A DNA stretch of 64,000 bases from a candidate division WOR-3 bacterium (GTDB taxonomy: Bacteria > Hydrothermota > Tepidihabitantia > Tepidihabitantales > Tepidihabitantaceae), in assembly GCA_965649295.1 (NCBI GenBank), contig CBFGKH010000001.1:288001-352000 (forward strand), read 5' to 3'. Below are positions 1-8,917 of the stretch, piece after piece (within the stretch, counting starts at the first letter, position 1; the number at the start of each line of letters is the position of its first letter). The position numbers and the translations under genes are program-made. The notes under the pieces were generated by a model, which was not told the origin of the DNA, did not search any database, and saw only the letters and a program-made list of their open reading frames with translations.

Positions 1-2990
1 CGTTCGATTGGATGTGGGAGACTACCATGCCGCCTTTGGGGTGGACGATCACCTTTACCGGTGACACTTCTTCTAACGACTGGCACCGAGCGCGCGAACG
101 TTCCCAGCCTTGGACCGCCAATACCACTGCCTACCCGCTGATCGACTCGGCTGGGCCCGAAGAAGGTACCGATTCGCTTATCTCGCCGCCCTTTAGTTGC
201 GCTGGCTACAACCAAATCACTCTTCGCTGCTCAACCTACTTCGCTGGTGCCGGCAACACCGCCTACAGCGCTCAACTACTTGGTTCTGTCGGTGGCGGGC
301 CGTTTGACCAGCTCATCTTCGACTATACTGGCCAGAACATCGGTCCGACACTTCAGGTCATCGAGTTACCTTGGGCAGCTGGCCAACCCAACGTCCGCAT
401 CGCCTGGGTATTTACTGGACTTTCCTCCGATTTTTCCTATTGGGCAATCGACAATTTCTCGGTACTCGGAACGCCGGTCAACAACGATGTCGCCTGCACT
501 GGCATCTCGGTCCCGCCAGCAGTGATTGACTCTGGCACGGAGGTAGCTCCACGAATTGCCGTGACCAACCGCGGCATCAATACGGCCAGCTTTCTTGCCT
601 ATTTCTCCATTGCCCGCTTTGGTGAGTCAGAGTACTTCGATTCGCTTATTGTCAGTGATCTGGCCCCCGGCGCTACCCGCAACCTCGACTTCACTCGGTG
701 GACAGCCGGCGCTCGCGGCATTCGAACCGCAACCGCTTACGTTGTCATGGCAGGTGACGAGAATCCGGCCAATGATACCACCCGCATGAATTTCCGGGTC
801 CGAGTCCTCGACGCTAGCGTCCGCCGGATTATTGCGCCTGCCGATACGGTTGACTCGGGCCTTGTCATCACGCCCCAAGCACTGATCGCCAACTATAGTT
901 CTGATTCAGCAACATTCTTTGTTTTCTGCCAGATTGATACCCGTCGCGACAGCGCCCTTGTTACTGCACTTCCTCCCAATGAAAGCACTGTGGTTGACTT
1001 TGCTCCCTGGGTCGCGGACCGTGTCGGCCAACATTCAATCCGCTGCACCACCGCTCTTGCCAACGACCTCTTTCCGGCCAACAATGCTCTCAGTCGGGTG
1101 TTCTATGTCGAACGCGACGAGTTCCGCGATGCTGCCGCGATTTCAATTCGGGCGCCAACCGGGACCGTCCCTGAGAGCGCTTGGGTGACTCCGGCCGGCG
1201 TAGTCACCTACACCGGCCCGCGGCCTGCCACTACCAAGGTCCGCCTAGCGCTACTGCGCAACAGCACGATTGTCTATTACGAATCAACCTCGGTCGTGCT
1301 CCAACCCGGTGTTATTGATACTGTGACGTTCCCGCAGTGGTTCGCCACGCCAATCGGCTCCTACACCGCTGAACTACTGGTCCAGACCGCTGGCGACGAC
1401 GACCCGGCCAACAATTTTGTCGCTGACTCCTTTGCGGTCGGTGCTGCCCAGAGCGACGTCGGCGCCACGACGATCCTCGCTCCGACCGGCCGCTTCTACG
1501 TGACGACGGTCACACCCAAGGCGGTTGTCCGCAACTTCGGCAGTCGCGTCGCTACCTTCTGGTCCCGCTTCTCAATCACCAGCGGCTCGGTCCTGCTTTA
1601 CCGCGACTCGGCCCGGGCCGTCTCACTGGCGCCAGGAGAGAGTCTTGTCCTAACCTTCCGTCCCTGGAACGCGATTGCCGGTACGTTCACTGCCCGCTGC
1701 TCGACCCGCCTGCCCGGCGATGCCGTCAATGCCAACGACCGGGTAACAACAACCTTCACAGTTGACACCTTCAGCTTCCCTCGCGGCTGGCATGAAGTAA
1801 GCCAAGTACCTTTCGCGCCCAGTTCCAAGGACGTCAGCGGTGGTGGTAGCCTCGTCTATCTTGCGGCCAACGGTTACATCTATGCCCTGAAAGGCAACAA
1901 GACCTGCGACTTCTTTGCCTACGATCCGCTGCGCGACAGTTGGCTGACCCTGCCGTCAGTGCCCACCGCGCCATCGGGCAAGCCGGTTGCCAATGGCGGC
2001 GCCCTGACCACCGACGGCAACCGCTACATCTACGCCACCAAGGGCAACAACACGACGAATTTCTACCGTTTCGATATTGTGACCAATACCTGGACCACGC
2101 TCGACAGCGTACCGCTCGGTCTCTCCCGCAAAAAGGTAAAAGGCGGCACCAGCGCGGCCTTTGTCGCCGGTGCTGATGGTGACTATGTCTATCTGCTCAA
2201 GGGCTACAAGAACGAGTTCTACCGCTACCGGATTGCCGACGATTCCTGGCAGACACTCGACCCGGCTCCGGCCACAGCCAGCGACAAGTACGACAAAGGT
2301 TCATTCATTGTGACCGACGGCAGCGCAACCATTTATTGCCACCAGGCCAAGCTCCACAAGTTCTATGCCTTCGATATCGCCACCCAGCGCTGGCGGACCG
2401 CTCCGCTCGATTCAATGCCAATTGTCAACGGCCGCGGCAAGGCCAAGAAATCGAAAGATGGTGCAGCAGCAGTCTGGAGCACCGGCTTCATCTACGCCCT
2501 GAAGGGTGGTAATACGAACGAGTTCTGGCGCTACTCGCCGACCCTCGACACCTGGCGCGAGCTCGACACCATCCCCGGCGTTGGCTCAAGCCAGCGCAAG
2601 AAGTATGTCAAGTCCGGCGGTGCCATTGCTTCCTTTAGCAGCGACATCTTCTTCATCCTCAAGGGCGGCAAGACCCACGAATGCTGGCGCTACCGATTCG
2701 GTGGCCCGACCGCTGTCACCGAACCGGCCTTAGCACCGGTCAATCGAAGCTATGATCGGCTCCGGCTCTGGCCCAATCCGGCTCGTGGTCTGGTCACTAT
2801 CAGTCTCTCACCGACAATCGTGGCCAGACCAAGACCGCTGCTCCGAGTTTACGACAGTCGTGGCGCATTACGGCTCGAGCAACCAGCCACCACCGGCCTG
2901 GTCCGCCTTGACTGCCGTTCCTTGACTGCAGGAGTCTATTTCGTTCGACTGGTCGGCACTGACCAGTCTGCCCAACTGATTCTGGAATAA
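1..2990 (+). CDS. Large secreted protein with CARDB/Ig-like repeats, a Kelch-like beta-propeller and a T9SS-type C-terminal domain (5' end truncated by the window)
   Basis: Frame is open to the window edge. Repeated 'D..a..I.AP...P...v.N.G...D.NP.ND' modules; Kelch-like 'YIYALKGNKTCDFFAYD' repeats; C-terminal 'WPNP...GVYFVRL...LILE'. Confidence 0.8.
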   Translation, partial: FDWMWETTMPPLGWTITFTGDTSSNDWHRARERSQPWTANTTAYPLIDSAGPEEGTDSLISPPFSCAGYNQITLRCSTYFAGAGNTAYSAQLLGSVGGGPFDQLIFDYTGQNIGPTLQVIELPWAAGQPNVRIAWVFTGLSSDFSYWAIDNFSVLGTPVNNDVACTGISVPPAVIDSGTEVAPRIAVTNRGINTASFLAYFSIARFGESEYFDSLIVSDLAPGATRNLDFTRWTAGARGIRTATAYVVMAGDENPANDTTRMNFRVRVLDASVRRIIAPADTVDSGLVITPQALIANYSSDSATFFVFCQIDTRRDSALVTALPPNESTVVDFAPWVADRVGQHSIRCTTALANDLFPANNALSRVFYVERDEFRDAAAISIRAPTGTVPESAWVTPAGVVTYTGPRPATTKVRLALLRNSTIVYYESTSVVLQPGVIDTVTFPQWFATPIGSYTAELLVQTAGDDDPANNFVADSFAVGAAQSDVGATTILAPTGRFYVTTVTPKAVVRNFGSRVATFWSRFSITSGSVLLYRDSARAVSLAPGESLVLTFRPWNAIAGTFTARCSTRLPGDAVNANDRVTTTFTVDTFSFPRGWHEVSQVPFAPSSKDVSGGGSLVYLAANGYIYALKGNKTCDFFAYDPLRDSWLTLPSVPTAPSGKPVANGGALTTDGNRYIYATKGNNTTNFYRFDIVTNTWTTLDSVPLGLSRKKVKGGTSAAFVAGADGDYVYLLKGYKNEFYRYRIADDSWQTLDPAPATASDKYDKGSFIVTDGSATIYCHQAKLHKFYAFDIATQRWRTAPLDSMPIVNGRGKAKKSKDGAAAVWSTGFIYALKGGNTNEFWRYSPTLDTWRELDTIPGVGSSQRKKYVKSGGAIASFSSDIFFILKGGKTHECWRYRFGGPTAVTEPALAPVNRSYDRLRLWPNPARGLVTISLSPTIVARPRPLLRVYDSRGALRLEQPATTGLVRLDCRSLTAGVYFVRLVGTDQSAQLILE

Positions 2991-3002
2991 CCACACTAAG
3001 AC

Positions 3003-3860
3003 CTAGGGCAGGTCCCAGTGATAGACCAGGCCGAGCCGCAATGCCTTGATAACGGCTGTTGCCCGGCCAAACTCGCTCACGTCACCGGTCCGCGCTGGCT
3101 GGAGAGCACCACAACGCGGACAGTTGTCATAGCGCACCTCATAGCTGCCGCGCAGGGCCCAGCCCTCAGCAATCACCGCGCTGCTCCCTGGTTCCAGCAC
3201 CCGGAGAAACTCAAGCCCTGGTATTGAGATTTGACTGACACCGACTCGGGCCACACAGCCAGAGCAATCCCGCGGGCAGCGTAGCTCAATCTCAAGTCGG
3301 GCCTTACGTTCAATCTCCTCAGCCAACCAGTAGTCCGGGTATAGCCGGACAATCTCAGTCACTCCTGCTGGGTTGACACCCACCCCAGTGAGAAGCCAGG
3401 TTCGTTCCAGCTCAGGGTTCCCATCATGCACCTCTCTGGTCCGCCGCTTTCGCTCCGCCCCTGTGACAAGCTCCTCCTCGCGCCGGCGCTCGAGATCAGA
3501 CTGGTCGAGATACCACTTTGTTACCCATTGCCGCTGCCGTCGCTCAGCAACATAGCTCTGCAAGTCCTCGTTGGTCGTCCGCTCATGGGGATTGAGATAA
3601 AGCAAGAGCATCTTGATACGGTAGAGGGCTGAACGATCGAAGTAGAAAATCGCCGGCCAGGCTACAAGGTAGGCGAGCCCCCGCAGCACGCTCACAAAGA
3701 TGTCGAGAGCAAGCTGTTCGCGCTGCCGAAACTCGCCATCAAACACGTAGAGACTGATGTGATAGCCAATACCGATTAGTAACCCGACAAGTAGCCAGAG
3801 AGCACCGGCTGACAGCACGAAGACTGCAAAACCTAATACTGGGTTGGAAGCCACACTCAC
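3003..3860 (-). CDS. Hypothetical membrane protein with a Cys-rich (zinc-ribbon-like) C-terminus
   Basis: 285-aa ORF with two N-terminal hydrophobic segments and CPRDCSGC/CPRC motifs; TTGACG-N17-TATTAT upstream at ~3928-3956. Confidence 0.65.
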   Translation of the reverse strand: MSVASNPVLGFAVFVLSAGALWLLVGLLIGIGYHISLYVFDGEFRQREQLALDIFVSVLRGLAYLVAWPAIFYFDRSALYRIKMLLLYLNPHERTTNEDLQSYVAERRQRQWVTKWYLDQSDLERRREEELVTGAERKRRTREVHDGNPELERTWLLTGVGVNPAGVTEIVRLYPDYWLAEEIERKARLEIELRCPRDCSGCVARVGVSQISIPGLEFLRVLEPGSSAVIAEGWALRGSYEVRYDNCPRCGALQPARTGDVSEFGRATAVIKALRLGLVYHWDLP

Positions 3861-3963
3861 AGGACGACACCATCTCCTTGTCCGTCGCTACCTGCCCAGC
3901 TTAGTTGCACTGGCTGTTCCTTGACCGATAATAGACCCACAGTCCAGTGACGTCAACCCCCAA

Positions 3964-4003
3964 TAGAAAGAGCCCGGCCGCGGCATAGCAGCCACGACCG
4001 GGC
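3964..4003 (-). terminator. Intrinsic terminator
   Basis: Minus strand reads GCCCGGTCGTGGC-tgctat-GCCGCGGCCGGGC followed by TCTTTCTATT. Confidence 0.7.
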
Positions 4004-4059
4004 ACGACAGAACCCCTCAGACTACGGTCCGGAACCAAGCCTGTCGGTCATTGCCTGGG

Positions 4060-4254
4060 TCAATGTACCGACATCGGCAGACCTGCCCGGCTCGCCGAGC
4101 GACGCCGGTGCCGATGGGTCTGCTGATGCTGAACAGCCGCGACAAGCGCTGGCCTCAGCAGGGCCGGCCTGACCTCCCCCATCTTGAACAGTAGCGACAG
4201 CGATTCGTTGCTTTCGCGTCGCCGCAAGAGCCTCCGCAAAAACGCAAGCCTCAT
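4060..4254 (-). CDS. Possible small basic protein (64 aa)
   Basis: ATG preceded by GGAGGGG; lies between a sigma54-type promoter and a terminator; no recognisable domain. Confidence 0.35.
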   Translation of the reverse strand: MRLAFLRRLLRRRESNESLSLLFKMGEVRPALLRPALVAAVQHQQTHRHRRRSASRAGLPMSVH

Positions 4255-4462
4255 GTCCCCTCCGCCATCTCAACCCCTCGCTTCTTTGCCTCAGATGCAT
4301 AGGGTCAGCCGCTGCCTCTACGGCTGAACCCCATAAATAGCATCGGCTGAGCCCCTGCAGTCCGCTTTTCTCGTTCGGCCGTTTCCCGACAAGGCCTACC
4401 GAGAAAACCCCACCAAAACCCCCGGACACCCCTCGACTCAGTCTTTAGCCGACCATTTCGAT

Positions 4463-4479
4463 TGCATCAGTCGTGCCAA
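4463..4479 (-). promoter_or_regulatory. Sigma54 (-24/-12) promoter
   Basis: TTGGCACGACTGATGCA, one mismatch to YTGGCACGRNNNTTGCW. Confidence 0.65.
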
Positions 4480-4760
4480 ACCTGTCGCAGACCTGACCAG
4501 TTAGCTAACGCTCAATTTTCTTAAAGGTTATGACGGTCGCGCGCAACAGGCAGTGCGACAATCCGCCACAAACCGCCGCAGGATTCGGCGTCTTGCTGCA
4601 GCATTTGGCTACATTCATTCTCTCGGCCAGGTACAGGACATCGGTCAAAGACTGCTGACATCCATCAGCAGCTTAGCGTGACTCAACTCTGCAAGCGCCG
4701 AGTCCATAACTCCTTGTGCCCCGGGATTGGCAACAAGAATGCCACTGACAGTCATTGCTG

Positions 4761-4788
4761 TTGACAGTGTCCCAAGCCAGGCTATACT
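4761..4788 (+). promoter_or_regulatory. Sigma70-type promoter
   Basis: TTGACA-N16-TATACT. Confidence 0.65.
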
Positions 4789-4807
4789 GCCCATGGCCGC
4801 TCTAAGT

Positions 4808-5491
4808 ATGCGAATATTCTCAGTTATCCTGCTGTTCGTTGGTATTGTCGCGGCTCAGGACTCGCCCGAAGCCTGGCTTGTCCCATTCGCCGCAGGCTAC
4901 GCGCCGACAAATCTTCCCGCCTTCAACAGCCGGTTTGCCGGCACCACTCCTCTATTGCCCGAGCGTCAGTTTGGCTGGGGCATTGAGCTGCGAGCACTCG
5001 TTTCGAATCTACTCGTCGGCCCGCTCTATCTGCGGACGTCGTCAGAAGCGACCGGGACTGGCCGCCGTGTTCGCTCAGACGCAACCGCCATTTTCGGCAC
5101 CGCCGGCTTGAAGATTTCGCCGTTCTCATTCCTGACGCTGGTCCCGGCCATCGGCATTGGCGGTCTGAATCAGTCGTTTGCCATTCATGAACTTTCTGGC
5201 GACACTAGTCTCGACTCGTTGCTTCGTAGTCCCGGCCGGAGTATCAGTTTTTCACCCGGCACACAGCTCGCCGGCCTGGCCGCTCTCGAACTTTGTTTTG
5301 TGGTCAACACGACTGCTGGCCGCTACGGCCTCGATCTGCGCGGCGGCTACCTCTACTCTCCCTTCAATCTCACCTGGCGACTATCAAGCGGCGGGCACTT
5401 GACCGGTGTTCCCCAAACCCATCTCGGCGGCCCGTTTGCTAGCGTCGGTATTGCCCTACTGCCAGCCCCGGTCACCGAACCGGCACGCTGA
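4808..5491 (+). CDS. Exported hypothetical protein, probable outer-membrane beta-barrel
   Basis: Signal peptide MRIFSVILLFVGIVAA followed by Gly/aromatic alternating strands; start codon uncertain (4793 or 4808). Confidence 0.6.
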   Translation: MRIFSVILLFVGIVAAQDSPEAWLVPFAAGYAPTNLPAFNSRFAGTTPLLPERQFGWGIELRALVSNLLVGPLYLRTSSEATGTGRRVRSDATAIFGTAGLKISPFSFLTLVPAIGIGGLNQSFAIHELSGDTSLDSLLRSPGRSISFSPGTQLAGLAALELCFVVNTTAGRYGLDLRGGYLYSPFNLTWRLSSGGHLTGVPQTHLGGPFASVGIALLPAPVTEPAR

Positions 5492-6321
5492 TGTCAATTC
5501 GCAACACTGCTGGCCTCGGGCTACTGTTCGCTACTACTGCTATTCTGCTACTCCTTGGCTGCATCTACACCCATCGCTTCGATGATACCACGACCCGCTC
5601 CTTTACGGCAGTTGGGCTGTCCCGGCTGAGCGCTACGACAACGAACGGCGCCATTACGGTTACTGCCGTCACCGACACCGCCATAACCACTACTATCACT
5701 CGGTTCGCCTATGGCCGGTCCCGCGATGATGCCCAGCGGGCGATTATCAATGTCCAGGTTCAGGATACAATCGTCGGCTCAGAACTGCGCATCTGGTCAA
5801 GCCAGCCGGCGGCCGGCACTCGGCCTTATGGTGCATCCTACGCAATAACGTCACCCCCCAACCTGAGCCTGCAGCTCAGCACTACCAACGGAAGCATCAA
5901 CGTGACCGGATTCAATAGCACCGTCACCGCCACCACTACCAACGGAACCATCAGTCTGGCCGACAACCGTGGTCCAGCCGTAATCAGTACAACCAACAGT
6001 GCCATTGATATCAGCGGCCAAGTTGGCCCGGTCAGTGCCAGTACCACCAATGGCCGAATCCGCTGCGACATCGCTGGCCTGACCACTGCTCAGGCCGTAC
6101 TTCTCGAAACGACCAACGGCGATATCACCCTCTTTCTGCCGGCCGACGTGTCGGCAACGATTGATGCCCGCAACACCAACGGCACCATTGCCTTCTACGA
6201 CTTCAACTTCACCTTTGACAGCCTGCCGACCGAACACCATGTCCGGGCAATAATCGGTTCCGGCAGCTCACCCATCAACCTGCGCACCACTGATGGCAAT
6301 ATTACCGTTCGCCGGCGCTAG
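5491..6321 (+). CDS. DUF4097/adhesin-like beta-strand repeat lipoprotein
   Basis: Lipobox LLGC; many 'TTNG.I' repeats. Confidence 0.85.
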   Translation: MSIRNTAGLGLLFATTAILLLLGCIYTHRFDDTTTRSFTAVGLSRLSATTTNGAITVTAVTDTAITTTITRFAYGRSRDDAQRAIINVQVQDTIVGSELRIWSSQPAAGTRPYGASYAITSPPNLSLQLSTTNGSINVTGFNSTVTATTTNGTISLADNRGPAVISTTNSAIDISGQVGPVSASTTNGRIRCDIAGLTTAQAVLLETTNGDITLFLPADVSATIDARNTNGTIAFYDFNFTFDSLPTEHHVRAIIGSGSSPINLRTTDGNITVRRR

Positions 6322-6365
6322 CTGCTTGCAACTGAATCGAAGACGAGAATTGGACCGTCAAATAT

Positions 6366-6665
6366 ATGAATAAATTAATAACCAATGCCGATGCCGACGA
6401 GCTAGAGAAGGTTTTCAAAGCACTGGGCCACCGCCTCCGGTTGCAGATTGTGTTTGGTTTGCTCGACCAGGAATGTAACGTCAAGAACATGACCGAATGT
6501 CTGCGTACGGCTCAGGCTACCGTCTCTCAGCAACTGGCAGTGTTGCGCGCTGCTGGTGTTGTTGATTGCACTCGGCGCGGTAACCAGGTCTGTTATCGGG
6601 TAACCAAACCGTGGATTCGTAGGCTGGTGCGGACTATTGTCCGCAGCCGAGAAAAGGAGCGTTAG
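6366..6665 (+). CDS. ArsR/SmtB-family transcriptional regulator
   Basis: 'FKALGH.LRLQI...TVSQQLAVLR.AGVV...R.G..V.Y'. Confidence 0.9.
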   Translation: MNKLITNADADELEKVFKALGHRLRLQIVFGLLDQECNVKNMTECLRTAQATVSQQLAVLRAAGVVDCTRRGNQVCYRVTKPWIRRLVRTIVRSREKER

Positions 6666-6666
6666 C

Positions 6667-6993
6667 ATGGCCGACCTGAAACAGGTAAATGATGCAACCT
6701 TCAAGTCCGAGGTAATTGATAGCGAGCTACCGGTGCTCGTTGACTTCTGGGCACCGTGGTGTGGCCCGTGCCGAATGATTGCCCCGATAGTCGAAGGCAT
6801 TGCCGCCAAATATGCCGGCAAGCTCAAGGTGGTCAAGCTCAACACCGACGAAAGTCCCGATATACCCGGCCGCTACAACATCAGCGGCATTCCCACCCTG
6901 ATTGTCTTCAAGGCCGGCAAAGAAGTCGAGCGCCACGTTGGCTACGCACCGGAGTCGGTCCTGATTGAGAAGATTACCCCCCATCTCGCCTAG
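6667..6993 (+). CDS. trxA: Thioredoxin
   Basis: WCGPC active site; AGGAG RBS. Confidence 0.95.
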   Translation: MADLKQVNDATFKSEVIDSELPVLVDFWAPWCGPCRMIAPIVEGIAAKYAGKLKVVKLNTDESPDIPGRYNISGIPTLIVFKAGKEVERHVGYAPESVLIEKITPHLA

Positions 6994-7071
6994 CGCCAGC
7001 GACCATCGCCAAAGCACGGAGCGAACGCTCCGTGCTTTGTCTTTGTCTTCGCTTAGGGTAAAATCGGACCT

Positions 7072-8479
7072 GTGCGCTACCGCCAATTGACTGACTTAGC
7101 GCTAGCCGAGCTACGACGGCTGACCGCAGCCGAACGCGTCATTACCGACCCGGCTGCCATCGTTGACTACAGCCACGACGAGAGCGTTGCCCCACCCTGC
7201 CTGCCCGAAGCTGTCGTCAAACCCATAACCGTCGAAGAAACCGCGGCGGTCGTCCGGTGCTGTGCCCAAGAGCGGATTCCGATCACTCCCCGCGGTCTAG
7301 GCACTGGTCTCTCCGGCGGCGCAGTGCCCAGCTATGGTGGCATCGTCCTATCACTCGAATTGTTCCGCCGGCTCGAAGTTGATCCCCCTAACCTCACCCT
7401 GCGCACCGGCCCCGGCAATACCACTGCCCGGGTCCAGCAGGCTGCTGCCGAATACGGCCTCTACTACCCAGTTGATCCGGCCTCGCTCGAAGACTGCTCA
7501 ATCGGCGGCAATGTCGCCGAGAACGCTGGCGGCGCGCGCGCCTTCAAGTATGGCGTGACCGGCGAACTACCTGCGCGGCATCGAGGCAGTGCTCGCCGAC
7601 GGCTCAGTTGTCCGCTGGGGCGGCGACCTGCACAAGAACGTCACCGGCTACGACCTCTGCCGCCTGCTCACCGGCTCGGAAGGCACGCTCGCCATCATCA
7701 CGAACATCACCCTCAAGCTCATCCCCAAACCGCGCTATACAGTTGACCTGCTCATACCCTTTGCCCGCATGGGCCAAGGTCTTGAACTTGTCAACCGGAT
7801 GGTTCATGACCAGCGACTCGTACCGGCGGTTGTCGAGTTCATCGAACGCAAGGGCATCTGCGCCTGCAATCAAGTTCTCGGCTCGGCCCTGCCGTTCGCT
7901 GATGCCGAAGTCCAAGTACTAGTCGAACTCGACGGTAACGACCGGACCCGGGTCCTCGAAGAATCAGTCCAGGTCGGGGAACTAGCAATGAACCTTGGCG
8001 CACGCGAACCACTGGTCGCCGACAACCCAACCGACCAAGAACGACTCTGGCACGCCCGACGCGAGCTGCACAATGTCCTCAAGCAGACATACGCTGGCCT
8101 CGCCACTGAGGATATCGTCGTGCCCCTGAGTCGGATTCCTGAACTGATTACGGCTCTGGCCGAACTGGAGCAACATCACTCTGTGCCGATCGTGCCCTGG
8201 GGCCACATCGGCGACGGCAACATCCACGTCGGCATGTGCCGCAGCAACGGCTACACCGATGACCAGTGGCAGCAGAAGAAGAGAGCAATTGTTGACGACC
8301 TGACTGGCCACGTACTTCGGCTCGGTGGCCAGATATCAGCCGAGCACGGCATCGGCATAACTAAGAAGCGACTGCTGAAACGCGCCATCGGCCCGGCTGA
8401 ACTAGAGCTGATGGCCCGGCTCAAGCAGAACCTCGACCCAGACCATATCCTCAACCCCGGCAAGATTCTACCCGACTGA
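7072..8479 (+). pseudogene. FAD-linked oxidase (GlcD/D-lactate dehydrogenase family), split by a +1 frameshift near 7561
   Basis: N-half has RGLGTGLSGG and IGGNVAENAGG...KYGVT; C-half in another frame has GSEGTL, GHIGDGNIH, SAEHGIG, LNPGK. Removing one base restores GVT-x-NYLRGIEAV. Confidence 0.85.
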
Positions 8480-8866
8480 GGGTCGAGGACTCCTCGCCGC
8501 TGCCCACCAATCAGTACCCCAAACTATCCGCCATACCAACTGATAGGTTGACCGGCGAGCACTGTTCCCGACGCTCGAGCCAACAGACCGCCTCGCTGCC
8601 CAGGCAACCCACGACCAAATGGCATAACCAGTAGCTTCCGCCAGGGCCTGGCCGACTGCTGTGACAAGAGTTCGATAGGTAACAGGCAGAGCCATCTCCC
8701 CGACAACCCCAGCCACAATCGGCATGGCTGCCCCGGGGACGCCCTGGGGTAGATTGGTTGGTTTGACATTAGTTATTGACCAGCAGCAAGTTAGCCTCTC
8801 CATCAACAGTCCGGCTCTGTGTACTAACTTTATACTTTCCCGCGTTCATCAGTTTCTTCCCTGCCC

Positions 8867-8902
8867 AAAAAGCAGCGGCGGGGATAGCCATCCCCGCCGC
8901 TG
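8867..8902 (-). terminator. Intrinsic terminator
   Basis: CAGCGGCGGGGAT-ggct-ATCCCCGCCGCTG followed by CTTTTT, just after the stop at 8918. Confidence 0.85.
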
Positions 8903-8917
8903 AACCACAACCACTGA

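Noticed and set aside
4255..4430. c-di-AMP or c-di-GMP riboswitch in the leader
   Set aside because: Only a TGGGGTT fragment resembles ydaO; the other conserved blocks are missing.
8468..8806. 112-aa minus-strand ORF
   Set aside because: Lies downstream of a terminator with no RBS or domain; probably spurious.
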